64,000 nucleotides of DNA from Schmidtea polychroa. Its lineage: Eukaryota. The notes under the pieces were generated by a model, which saw nothing but the letters and a program-made list of their open reading frames with translations, was not told the DNA's origin and searched no databases. Shown here in pieces: positions 37,230-50,500 of this stretch. Position 1 is the stretch's first letter. Each line of letters opens with the position of its first letter. The stretch lies in assembly GCA_044892525.1 (NCBI GenBank), contig CM097885.1, positions 200,446,001-200,510,000 on the forward strand. The letters run 5' to 3'. A program made the translations under genes and the position numbers.

Positions 37230-38720
37230 CCTCAAATATGGCTAGAATCTGCCAAATTAACATTAGGTTTATCGGCCATTAAATCATCAAAAACATTATA
37301 CTCACATATAATAGCCGCACTACCCAGCAACATTTTGAATGAAATAGCAGTCAACGAGAACCCTTTCGAACTGCTATACAGAATCTTACTAAACAGAAAC
37401 AAGGTGAATAGAATATTAATACTTGAATCCTGCTTAAAAGACATACAACTAGAAAACGACAAACCTAGCGAAATTTTAAGAAACCTGGAAAAAAACTGGA
37501 ATATCTACACCCGATAATAAAAAGCTTGGGGTCCAATGAATTCGAAAAATACCTATTTATGAGGCCAATGCCAGCCGTAATTAGGTGCATTCTTGTTGCA
37601 AACAACTGAACAGACCTGGAAACGATAACCGACATAGGTGGCAATATAAATGATGAAATATACCTAACAATCTGTAAGACGTATAGAAAACAAAACCAGT
37701 GGGAAATCAAACGAGAAAGTATTCAAGATCAAGAAAACCATAACAACGAAACCAACAAATTGCCGAACTTCTTTATAATAAAAGAAGTAATAACAAAAAA
37801 CAAGAACCTTCGGAATGGTCTACAAGAATCACAAGCGAGAGAAGCAAGGAAAAACCAATACAACCAAAACTAACAAAACATATCCATTGAACAAAAAAAT
37901 ATTTCAACAACCGTGTCAACAAAACAAACAATTCAGAGAATAATTACAAACTGAACTGAAACTGGTGCTACTACCACAACAAATTCGGATACTAGGCTTT
38001 CAAATGCAACGCACTTTGCTCCTTCCACAACAAAAACTCGGAAAACAATTAAAGTTGTCAATAACATCACCAACATTCGGCGACTGCAAAACATTTAAGT
38101 TGCAAAGCAAAATACAAACTTCATTAACATAATACACAACCCAAACTATTTCAGCAAGATCGACTTACTAAAAGCATATCACCAAATTCCAGTGCGCGAT
38201 GAAAACATTAAAAAGACCACAATAATAACACCAATCGGTCTATATGAATACAACATAATGCCTTTCGTTTTAAGAAACTCACTCGCGACGTTTCAGAGGT
38301 TCACTGATCAAATACTGGAAAATCAGAGAAATACAGTAGCGTATTTAGACGATATTTTAATCGCATCAACAAACAAAACAGAATACCTACACGACATCAA
38401 CGAAGTCCTAAAAACCCTCAACAATCACAACCTTATAATCAATATTAAAAAGTGCGGATTCATGAAACACGAAATGAAATTCGTCGGACTTATTCTTAAC
38501 GAAAATGGAACAAACCGTTAGAAGACAAAATAAAAGTAATCAAAGAATTCCCACTTCCAAAAACAACAAGAGAATTGAGACGTTTTCTTGGAATGATCAA
38601 TTTTTACCACAAACACATCCCTAAATGCAGTGAAATTCTCACACCACTAAACGAACTAAACAAAACCAAAAGGAACATTAAAATAAGCTGAAATGAAGAC
38701 CTTAAAAGTATTTTCAAAAA
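37230..38720 (+). mobile_element. Degenerate Ty3/Gypsy retrotransposon fragment (gag-like remnant plus reverse transcriptase)
   Basis: YFSKIDLLKAYHQIP, TPIGLYEY..MPF.LRNS.ATFQR, AYLDDILI, KKC.F and ELRRFLGMINFY, with internal stops (TAG 38519, TGA 38689). Confidence 0.85.
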
Positions 38721-39137
38721 GACAAAAACAAAAAATAAAACAAAACAAACCCAACGCAAGTAACAGCAACATTCTTAGTGTAAATTTGGATTAATTGTTT
38801 AACTCCGGTTTTAAAGATGGAAGTTGTCTTATTAATGTAGATTGTTGTTGATTTTATTGTTATTGTCATTTTTATTATTATTGTGAAAGAATAAAAAATC
38901 TTTTAGTTTAATTCTCTATAGTAAATTATTACTATAGAGAATTTAAAAATATAGAAATCAATAAAAAAATTTTTATTTGACCATTATTCTAATTAATTTG
39001 ACTAGTAGTCAATTAGGTATTGTTTTAAAAATAATTATTTTACTATTTAAAACGTTAACATTTTTAAATTTTAACAATTTTTAAATAACAATTTTAAATT
39101 AAAAAAAAATTTAAAAACTAAATAAAAAATAATAACC

Positions 39138-40980
39138 ATGGCTTCTCAAATCCCATTTTACGAATCTTCAGAATCAGAAGATGATTTCGAAAATGAAATA
39201 TATAAAGATAAGGAAAGTATTAACAGAGGAATGAAAAAAAGATAGCGTAATTGGAAGTTTGAAATGACATACAGATAAAGATAAAGCGATCGATTTTATT
39301 AAATCCGAAAATACTTGGAGTTATCATTATGCAAATAGAACTGCTGATTCTAAAAAAGTTTGTTATAGGTGTAACAAAGCAAAATTAAGAGGAAAACAAT
39401 GTTCAGCTGCCATTTTACTTCAGATACACCTTAACAATGAGTACGTTGATATATATCGAACTGGAGCAGATCACATGCACGACAATCTATTAGATAATAA
39501 TAGATTAACTGAAGAGATGAAAGAAGAAATTATGACGCTTTACGATTTAAAACTAAAACCAAAAGCAATATTGCAAAAACTTAGAGAAAAAGACTTACAT
39601 CCAAAAAACAAATCACAAGTATTCAGCTATTTGAAAAAATTAAATAAATTGAAGTATGGATCAACAAAAATCAGTCTTGGAGAACTTGAACAGTGGTGTA
39701 TCGATCATAGTAATATACCCGAAGACGAAAATGAAAGTTTTGTTGCTGCATTTAGCATTCGATATGGCAATGAAGAAAACGAACAAGAAATGGAAACTGA
39801 AGATGAAGAGGAAGAGGATGAATACAACTTTAGAGTTCTAATTTCTACGAAGACTTATGAAATTAGCAAACAAAACTAAAAAAATTCACGCTGATGCTAC
39901 ATATAGGTTAAATTGTGAAGGCATGCCAGCTTTAATAATTGGTACAACCGATATGGACCGCCATTTTCACACCTTCGGTATCTCCGTGTGCTCTAGTGAA
40001 AAAACAAAAAATTTCATTTTTATATTTGAGTCAATTGTTAATTCGTTAAAAAATTTCGGTGAGAACATTCATTTGGGTACTTTGATTTCAGACGCTTCAA
40101 ATTCAATCCGAAATGCTTTCAAAAAGGTTTTTGGCGAAGATTCAAACTTAATTATGTGTTGGGCTTATATGCGTCGTAATGTAGTCAAACATTTGCATTT
40201 AGTTGAACAAGAATTCAGAGAGGATATATTAAATGATATTGATACTTTTCAGATGGCTTTAAATAAGATTATTTTTGAAAAAGCAAAGCAATTATTTATT
40301 AAAAAATGGCTTCAAAAGAAACAAAATCATTTTATCGACTACATGAAGGTAATGTGGTTAACAACTCATCAGAATTGGTATGAAGGAGCACTCAGCAATA
40401 CTCCATCAACCAACAATGCACTAGAATCATATAATTAGTTATTAAAAAAGAGGATACTCTCAGAGAAAAATTTCCATTATCGCGTTATTTTAAACTTTGT
40501 CACGATTCTGTTAAAAAATGGTCAAATCTTTATGAATACAATGACAAAGTATTCGTCGAATCTCCAACGATTTATCTAAAAAAATAGTCAGATGGTTACC
40601 ATTGGGCCAAAAGTAGTAAAATAATAACATCCAAAACTCCATCCAATTGTGTAGAGTACTACTGTCCAGCAGGAAACGAATCAAAAGTATCAGAGGATCA
40701 AATACAAAATGTGAAAAGCATGCGTTGGAATACATTCGATCAATTTATAAAAAGATCTTCGGTTGTGTGGATCGTAAATATTTCGTGAGATGATGCCAAA
40801 TGGAAGTAAGGTACATGCACTTGTCCATCTTTTTTAAAAAAATACATGTGCAAGCATGTAATTGGTGTATTCGTCTAAAATATGTCAAGCCACAACCTGC
40901 TGCCAAACAAATACCAATTGGAGAGAAACGTCAGCGAGGAAGACTAAAGAAAACAACAAAAGCATTACGAGTAGATTAAA
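39138..40980 (+). mobile_element. Degenerate Mutator-like (MULE) transposase
   Basis: N-terminal WSYHY..CYRC..C zinc-binding segment; MULE core ADATYRLN..LISDAS.SIRNAF..CWAY..STNNALES; C-terminal SWIM CTCPSFLKKYMCKH at ~40813. Several stops and frameshifts. Tandem tactgatca subterminal motifs at ~41030-41270. Confidence 0.85.
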
Positions 40981-41527
40981 TTAAAATTAAATTTTTTTAA
41001 AAGAAAATTAATTTTAAATTTAAATAAAATAATACTGATTAATTTTCTTTACTGATCACCTTTTACCAATCATTTTTTGAATAAATACTGATCGTTTGTT
41101 AATTTTTGTTTGATCAAATTCCATTTTAATACTAATCATTTATTTTTTTTTACTGATTAAAAGACATTAAATACTGATCATTTAATTAAAATATTGATCA
41201 TTTTCATAAAATACTGATGGAAAAAACATTTTTTTGCTGATCAATTTTTACTTAAAATACTGATCAAAAACATAAAAAATAATGATTATTTTTACTAAAA
41301 TATTAATTATTTTATTTGTTACCTTATTCTTTATTGTACCACATACAATCACCCCAGCTGTCCCGACACAATTTTTAGAAGTAACTCTGCTCGGCACTAC
41401 AGATTATTTCTTTTGGATTATTTCTCCGATTTCTGGAATTAATAGTGATTCTCAAAATTCTCATTTTCCTGCAATGCTAGGCCAAAAATTTCACCCACCA
41501 AAAGCTACTTTAGGATGTAGTGCTACG

Positions 41528-41907
41528 CAGTGCTCGAAGTGGAACAAAATATGTGCCGGGATAGGCATGCTGTGGCACCCGGGATTCCAGGCTTTTATGC
41601 AGAAATTTTCAGTTGGGGGTGTTGCAAAACTTTGGGGGGTGTCCAACAAATACCTACCTATCCATTACTGCTGCTTGGGAAATTCTTAATTGAATAGAGA
41701 ATAGAGAATAAAGAATATATATATATATACATAAATATATGGATGTACTATGTGTGACCTTAATTGCAGTATTTGTGTGCCTATAAAATGAAATAAGTAC
41801 CGGGATAAACCTATAGATTATATGAAATGAAGTGCCGGGATGCAATTCCGCCTACATAATCAATGCCGGGATAATATCCCGGCTATCCCGTCTCACTTCG
41901 AGCACTG
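41528..41907. mobile_element. Non-autonomous hAT element (MITE), 380 bp
   Basis: Perfect 14-bp TIR CAGTGCTCGAAGTG / CACTTCGAGCACTG. 8-bp TSD GTGCTACG at 41520-41527 and 41908-41915. Repeated gccgggata subterminal motif. Confidence 0.95.
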
Positions 41908-42576
41908 GTGCTACGTCAAATAGCCGTGGGACTCATTGTTAACACTGCTTACCTACCCATTCTGTAGCACATATCCTGATATACGGGAATTATATATTCA
42001 TCATTATCACTGAAATTTTTACATATTTCAATTGATGTTTATTTTCTGATCTCTATTTTGAGTTATTGAAATTTATATCAAATGCTTTAATTATTTAATG
42101 GGAATTAAAATATATAAAAAGGGAGTGGGAACTTACAAATAATAATAAATTTATTTAATTGATATTCTTTTAAATCTCTTTAATAAGCTGGATGAATTTC
42201 CTTGAAATGATTTTCTATTTTATTTGTTAATTTCAACAATAAAATTTATTAATGTGTAATTTATTTTGCAAATTAAATATAATATACACTGAAATAACTT
42301 TTGTTTAAACTTACTGGTAAAAATAAACAAATTGCATCATCAAAATATGAATTCAATTATAAATAATTTTATCAAAAATCTATTCAAGGTGACTCCATTC
42401 TATCAGGTAGATATACATGCGATTTCTAGCTAGTATTCAACTGCATTTATATATTCAACATTTGTTGACATTTCAATAAATCTAATTTTACTAAATAAGA
42501 AAATGTTTTTATTATATAATTCTTAAATAAATTTTATTAAATTACTTAAATTATTTTTAAATTGTCTATTTATCTT

Positions 42577-45500
42577 AGGTAAATCCAACTCGGTTTTAAA
42601 ATTCTGCAAATTCGCCATAAAAATATCCAATTTTTCAAAAAAACGTGTCAACTTACTTATTTAAACAAATTAATTCAGATTTCCAACTCTCCTCTTCTTA
42701 AGAATGTTTCCACTTCTTTCTTTCGTCCCTTCTTGTGAATGTAGTTTGACTCGACGAAGTAATAGAAATCTGACGACTTTAGATGGGTCATCGTATTGCA
42801 TACCATCATTGTGACTTTTTTGTGGTTCTTTGCTTACGAGTGCCTTCTCCCTCGCCTCGAAAACACGAGAACCCCTCTTTGTCTTATTCATAGCTCTTAC
42901 AGTGTCTGCGGCTTTACTTCAGTCAAATCGCGCGTCTTGATATCTCGGCTTGTTTCATGTTGAAATGTGGGTTAAGACTTCGTCCATAAATTATCTATAA
43001 TGATTATAAACGTGCAGCACTCTTTCGACTGCTATTTATAGTGAACTCTATTCTAGGTAGAAGTTCATGCCAGTTTCTCTTTAGACATCTACCTGCCAAT
43101 GTAACTGTAATAAGATCTCTTATTGTTCGTATGGTTCGTTCGTCTAAACCATTTGATTGGCGCTGGTAAGGTGAGCTGAATTCCTGTTTAATTCCAAGTT
43201 TTGGTAGCTTCTGCCTTAGAAAATTCCCTTCGAAATTGCGGTCTCTACCATCACTACCATATAATTTTATGGCGTTTTTTTCCATTTAGGCCATATCTAT
43301 AAAATTCTGTTGTTGTAATTCAGATCTATATCGAGGAATAAATATTTTCTTGGTTCTTTTCTGATCGATCTTTCTCTCAGAGCAGATCTCGCAATATTGT
43401 AGACAGAGTTGGATTGTTTCTTGCATTTTCGGCCAGTAAAATACTTTTCCCATACAATGAAATGATTTCTTAACTCCAATGTGACATAGTTCTTCATGAA
43501 GGGTTGTTGTTAACAGGCCTACAAAAGTTTCTGGGAGTATCATTAAGATATTTTTGTTCTTTTCTATTGTTATTAATCCTCCATTAATTCGTATATTCTT
43601 TACGTTAAATGGAATAACAATTCTTTTTGTCCTGTGTACATCTATTTTCAAATATTTCTCGCAGCTCTCGTAACCGAATGTCATTTCGCTGTTTTTCATA
43701 TACTTTTCCCATAGCTTTTTTTCTTTGGATAGTACATATAAATATATATATATATATCTTTGATTTTCCTTCCTTAGATTCTTCATGTCTTGTTTGACAC
43801 TGGGTGTAAATCATACTTTTTAATCTTGATAGTCCATCTGCATTCGAGTGTTCTTCGCCTTTCCGATATTTTAGTTCAAAATCATATTCTGACAGGTTAG
43901 CTAACCATGTTTGGAACTGCGGACTGATTGGTGGTTTTGCAGTATTCATGAAAACCAATGGTTTGTGGTCGTTGCGAATTATGAATTTCTTCACGTACAG
44001 ATATTCTCTAAAATGCATTACGTATTCATGTACGGCGAGCCTTTCTTTCCTGGTTACACAGTAACCCTTTTCATGCTATAACATATGTCTCGAGTCATAA
44101 GCTATGACAGATTCTTTTCCTTCTTTAATCTGACTCAAAACTGCACCAATAGGTCCGAAACTAGCATCTGTGTCTAGGATAAAAGTCCTATATTCTGTTC
44201 GAAAATCAAAAATAGGTACCTCGCACAACCGTCTCTTCAAAGTTTGGAAGCGATCATTGCATTCTTTAACCCAAGTTATATCTTTATCGCATCCAGATTT
44301 TGCAGCGTATAATGGTTCGGCGATTTTGGCATAGCCTTTGATGAATCTTCTATCGTAGTCCGTTAATCCGAGAAACGATCTCAATTGATTTGAACATTTT
44401 CCTACTTCTGCTTTCGCGATCTCTTCAATTTTCTTTCTGATTGTCTGTATATCATATGTCCAAGGAAACGTTATTCTGTTTAATTGAATTCGCATTTTTC
44501 TGTATTTATCTTCAGTCCTGCCATTTGAATTCTTCTGAATATTTCCCTTTATTGCTCATTGTGGTCTTTTTGACTTTACATATACATCAGGATATCATCT
44601 AGATAAACTATCACCACCTTGATTACTCTGAAATGTAGCAAGAGCTGTTGCTAAGCCAAATGATAGTCTATAGAAGCAAAATTGTCCTTCTCTTGTACCG
44701 AATGCAGTCATTTTTTGAGTTTCTGGAGCCAACTCTATTTGATAATATCCTTTTGCCAAAATCAATTGACGAAAATATTTTTGCATTTGCAAGGCAGTCT
44801 AGTAAGAATTTGGTATTAGGTATCGGAAATGACTTCTTTTCTGTTATGGCATTCAATCCACCATTATCTACATACATACTGATAGATCCATCTTTCTTCC
44901 CTACTATCACTAACAGGGCATTCCAAGGACTCTTGCAACACCGAATAATATTTCTTTTCATTAACTCTATTACCAGCTCTTCAATCCTTTTCTACATGTA
45001 CATTGGTTGATGTCGAGGATGTTGCATTATTTGGACTCCTGTTATCCAAATCTCGTGTCGAACTAAGTTTGTAAATCTCAGATCAAATTTCGATGCCATA
45101 AAAATTCTGTCGTATTCCCTGAGCATTCCTTCAATATCTTTACTATTCTCACCTGCCATCGCCACTAGTGCTTTATTTATTCTTTCTTCATCAGTTTGGA
45201 TTTTGTTTATCAATGAAGTTTCTATATTATTGATGTTCACTAACTTTACTCTAAACTCTTTCATTGTATCAATGCCCCCTATGAATTCGAGCTTGATCTC
45301 TTTTACCACTACTACTGTGATTATTTTGGTTTCCTGATTCTACGTGGCCAGTATAGTCATGTATCCCATTGCTTCTTCACCTCCAGTTGAAAAAACTCCG
45401 CATAATTAATATAGGACTATCAGTCTGCCTTGCAAATTTTCTCCAACACATTCTTGCTCATGACTGTTAATGATGCTCCAGAGTCTCATAAAATATCTAA

Positions 45501-46969
45501 TTCTGCATTATTCAACAATCTTTACTCCAATTTTTTCCATCTTCCATCTGGTACATCTCTTATTCTGCCTCGTCTCCTCGTCGTTCATTTCTTCTTTCAC
45601 AATTTATTGTCTTGACTCCACCGACGAAATGAAATCCACGGAGTCGCTGATGTTTTTTCCGTCTTATCTCAATGTAGTATATTTCTCAGTGACTTTGTAA
45701 CTATATTCCATATCGCTGTTATCCATTCTGAAATCATGGCTGTTCTCGGTGTAATCTCTTCTTTCAGATTTGGAATTTCTTCTCCTATGCACGCTATTCT
45801 TTGATATTGATGTGGAATCTCTTTCCGTAGCGAAAAACAATCTCGGAACCCGTGTCCTTCCTTCTCACATATCAAACATTTATTTCCCAGTGGATACTCA
45901 TACCTTTTGTGTCACCTTTGGCCACAACAAAAACAATAACCTACCGTTAATTTTGGAATCGATGCTTGTTGTAGTTCTCTACTTTCGTTGTACAACCTCC
46001 TTGCTATATTCTTCATGGACATTGTTGGCAGTTTGCTTTCTGAGCTCTCCGGGATTCTTGCATTTCTCAAAAAATTGTACTCTTGGGGATTGTTCTTGAC
46101 AACCGTGGTTATTTCTTTCATATTGTACTGGTCCGCGTATAAAATGTCCGTATCTTCTTGATTTGTAGTGACTAAATGACTGTTCTGATAGTCTTCTTTG
46201 TGGTGATGTAAGTATGGTATCTTGAGTATTCTTTTGAATTCTCACCTGTCTTCCCTCAGTCAAGCTAGGGTATGTTCTTTGACCGATTGCATTAATAAAA
46301 TCCATTTTATTGTTTCAATTTATGTTACTTTCAAAGGTTTTCTCCAATGATCTCGTTTCTTCAATTTTTGTTTCTGGTTTCGTCAATAATATCTCCCTCA
46401 GTCTTGTATCGCGTGCTTTATTTGCGATGAGATCTTGAACAATATCTTCTTCTGATCGTCCTGAATTTACAACTTCGACTAAAGTATCTCAAAAGCTGCA
46501 AAGCGTTAATCACCTCCAGTTTCCATAACTGACAATTCTCTGATTTTGTCAGTTATTGATTTTGTAATTGTAAACATATGTAAGAACCACACTTTGGCTT
46601 TCACATCTCTTGTATCTGTTTCTCTGACGTTTCGCCCCAATGTCTTTGCTTCGAAAGTGCTTATCAATCGCTGTCCATTTGTCAGCAGCTATTCTTCGGC
46701 TTCTTTTAATCCTCGTCAATCAAATCGTTTGATGTTCAGTGTAAAAATGTCTTGTCATGATTTCATTAGGCATTCCATTAGCGATTTTGTAGATTTCGAA
46801 ATTGCATTGACGTTCTGATTTTCCGTGTGGTCGCCAGTTAAATCCAACTTGGTTCCATAATTTTGGAAATTTGACATAAATTTATCATAATCCAATTTTT
46901 CAAAAAAACGTGAAAACTCACAAATTTAAACAAATTAATTCAGATATCCAACTATCATAAAGAACCTTC
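42577..46969 (-). mobile_element. Degenerate near-full-length Ty3/Gypsy LTR retrotransposon (gag-CCHC, RT, RNase H, integrase)
   Basis: Minus-strand fragments in Gypsy order: CEKEGHGFRDC knuckle; FSSIDF/GYYQIEL/FGLATALATFQ (RT); LDTDAS, NDHKPL, NADGLSR (RNase H); HEELCH..WPKM..C..C and SSPYQRQSNG..ERTIRTI (integrase). Diverged direct repeats at ~42579-42690 and ~46840-46960. PBS-like TGGCGACCAC at 46836-46827. Confidence 0.88.
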
Positions 46970-47352
46970 NNNNNNNNNNNNNNNNNNNNNNNNNNNNNNN
47001 NNNNNNNNNNNNNNNNNNNNNNNNNNNNNNNNNNNNNNNNNNNNNNNNNNNNNNNNNNNNNNNNNNNNNNNNNNNNNNNNNNNNNNNNNNNNNNNNNNNN
47101 NNNNNNNNNNNNNNNNNNNNNNNNNNNNNNNNNNNNNNNNNNNNNNNNNNNNNNNNNNNNNNNNNNNNNNNNNNNNNNNNNNNNNNNNNNNNNNNNNNNN
47201 NNNNNNNNNNNNNNNNNNNNNNNNNNNNNNNNNNNNNNNNNNNNNNNNNNNNNNNNNNNNNNNNNNNNNNNNNNNNNNNNNNNNNNNNNNNNNNNNNNNN
47301 NNNNNNNNNNNNNNNNNNNNNNNNNNNNNNNNNNNNNNNNNNNNNNNNNNNN
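46970..47352. other. Assembly gap (383 N)
   Basis: Run of N. Confidence 1.
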
Positions 47353-47587
47353 TTTCATTAGTTTTTAGAATTAATAAATAGTGACCACTGAAATAATTTA
47401 TCACTCCCATAATAGATCAAGTATGTCAATATCCGAATCAAAACATAAAGTAACATTATAACAAAAAAGTTCCTTGAGACTATTAAGAGGATTTAAATTC
47501 AAGTGAATATATTAATTTAATTAAAAGGGGGAAATAAAAAAATAAATAATTATTTTTTCCATAATTTTATTATTTATTAACATTAAG

Positions 47588-50500
47588 GCAAGGATCATTG
47601 ATAGCTGAAACAAATATCACCGTTTCTTCAAGAAACTACACTCTCATTCAACAGGATACAATTGGGGAAATATTAAAAAAAAATAATACGAATATTGACG
47701 TTATTCTAGCGACAGTACCGTATCCAACAGACCCAATAACTGTAGAAATAAAGATAACAACAACTAAAAATGAAAACACCGAAATATCAAGAGCAACAGA
47801 AATCAGTAGAACAGCTAGTAAAGGACAATCATCAGAAATTATATCGACCACAGCTCCCCCATCAGGTACATCAATTTCACAAACTTCTCTGACAATTGAT
47901 ATAGAGACCAAGACATCTACTGGTTCACTTACAACATCAAGTACTTCGGGAACGATTGAATATAAAACAAGTGAAAGTTCAACAACGAAATCTAGTGAAA
48001 GCACCACAGGCATTTCATCTACTGACAAAACAAGTGCGACCACAACTTCAGAATCACCAACAACGTCAAGCAGCCAAACAACAAGCTCGATCGAAAGCAC
48101 TAGTTCCACAAGTCGAACTTCATCAGCACCGGTTACAGACACATCAATCAAGTCAACTAGCCTACCAGAAACGTCTTCAATGTCAACAGGAAAAACGAGT
48201 GAAAAATCAACTAGTTTGAGTAGCATTGACACTTCATCAGTATCGTCGTCCACATCTTCAGTAACTCCAACGACTGGAACAAAAACGGGTGAAAGTTCAA
48301 CAACGAAATCTACTGAAAGCACCACAGGCATTTCATCTACTAAAAAAACAAGTGCGACCACAACTTCAGAATCACCAACAACGTCAAGCAGCCAAACATC
48401 AAGCTCGATCGAAAGCACAAGTTCCACAAGTCGAACTTCATCAGCACCTGTTACAGACACATCAATCAAGTCAACTAGCCTACCAGAAACGTCTTCAATG
48501 TCAACAGGAAAAACGAGTGAAAAATCAACTAGTTTGAGTAGCATTGACACTTCATCAGTATCGTCGTCCACATCTTCAGTAACTCCAACGACTGGAACAA
48601 AAACGAGTGAAAGTTCAACAACGAAATCTACTGAAAGCACCACAGGCATTTCATCTACTGACAAAACAAGTGCGACCACAACTTCAGAATCACCAACAAC
48701 ATCAAGCAGCCAAACAACAAGCTCATTCGAAAGCACTAGTTCCACAAGTCGAACTTCATCAGCACCTGTAACAGACACATCAATCAAGTCAACTAGCCTA
48801 CCAGAAACGTCTTCAATGTCAACAGGAAAAACGAGTGAAAAATCAACTAGTTTGAGTAGCATTGACACTTCATCAGTATCGTCTTCCACATCTTCAGTAA
48901 CTCCAACGACTGGAACAAAAACGAGTGAAAGTTCAACAACGAAATCTACTGAAAGCACCACAGGCATTTCATCTACTGAAAAAACAAGTGCGACCACAAC
49001 TTCAGAATCACCAACAACGTCAAGCAGCCAAACAACAAGCTCATTCGAAAGCACTAGTTCCACAAGTCGAACTTCATCAGCACCTGTTACAGACACATCA
49101 ATCAAGTCAACTAGCCTACCAGAAACGTCTTCAATGTCAACAGGAAAAACGAGTGAAAAATCAACTAGTTTGAGTAGCATTGACACTTCATCAGTATCGT
49201 CGTCCACATCTTCAGTAACTCCAACGACTGGAACCAAAACGAGTGAAAGTTCAACAACGAAATATACTGAAAGCACCACAGGCATTTCATCTACTGACAA
49301 AACAAGTGCGACCACAACTTCAGAATCACCAACAACGTCAAGCAGCCAAACAACAAGCTCATTCGAAAGCACTAGTTCCACAAGTCGAACTTCATCAGCA
49401 CCTGTAACAGACACATCAATCAAGTCAACTAGCCTACCAGAAACGTCTTCAATGTCAACAGGAAAAACGAGTGAAAAATCAACTAGTTTGAGTAGCATTG
49501 ACACTTCATCAGTATCGTCTTCCACATCTTCAGTAACTCCAACGACTGGAACAAACACGAGTGAAAGTTCAACAACGAAATCTACTGAAAGCACCACAGG
49601 CATTTCATCTACTGAAAAAACAAGTGCGACCACAACTTCAGAATCACCAACAACGTCAAGCAGCCAAACATCAAGCTCGATCGAAAGCACTAGTTCCACA
49701 AGTCGAACTTCATCAGCACCTGTTACAGACACATCAATCAAGTCAACTAGCCTACCAGAAACGTCTTCAATGTCAACAGGAAAAACGAGTGAAAAATCAA
49801 CTAGTTTGAGTAGCATTGACACTTCATCAGTATCGTCGTCCACATCTTCAGTAACTCCAACGACTGGAACAAAAACGAGTGAAAATTCAACAACGAAATC
49901 TACTGAAAGCACCACAGGCATTTCATCTACTGACAAAACAAGTGCTACCACAACTTCAGAATCACCAACAACGTCAAGCAGCCAAACAACAAGCTCGATC
50001 GAAAGCACTAGTTCCACAAGTCGAACTTCATCAGCACCTGTTACAGACACATCAATCAAGTCCACTAGCCTACCAGAAACGTCTTCAATGTCAACAGGAA
50101 AAACGAGTGAAAAATCAACTAGTTTGAGTAGCATTGACACTTCATCAGTATCGTCGTCCACATCTTCAGTAACTCCAACGACTGGAACAAAAACGAGTGA
50201 AAAATCAACAACGAAATCTACTGAAAGCACCACAGGCATTTCATCTACTGACAAAACAAGTGCGACCACAACTTCAGAATCACCAACAACGTCAAGCAGC
50301 CAAACATCAAGCTCGATCGAAAGCACTAGTTCCACAAGTCGAACTTCATCAGCACCTGTTACAGACACATCAATCAAGTCAACTAGCCTACCAGAAACGT
50401 CTTCAATGTCAACAGGAAAAACGAGTGAAAAATCAACTAGTTTGAGTAGCATTGACACTTCATCAGTATCGTCGTCCACATCTTCAGTAACTCCAACGAC

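Larger units (their letters stand above)
35032..47587 (+). other. Large TE-rich intron (12,556 nt incl. gap, phase 2) splitting the second SEA domain
   Basis: Donor CG|GTAAGT; acceptor ttattaacattaag|G CAA GGA TCA TTG ATA gives FR|QGSLIAE. Contiguity depends on the scaffold join at 46970-47352. Confidence 0.8.

Noticed and set aside
46918-47410. ORFs made of X residues
   Set aside because: They span the N gap.
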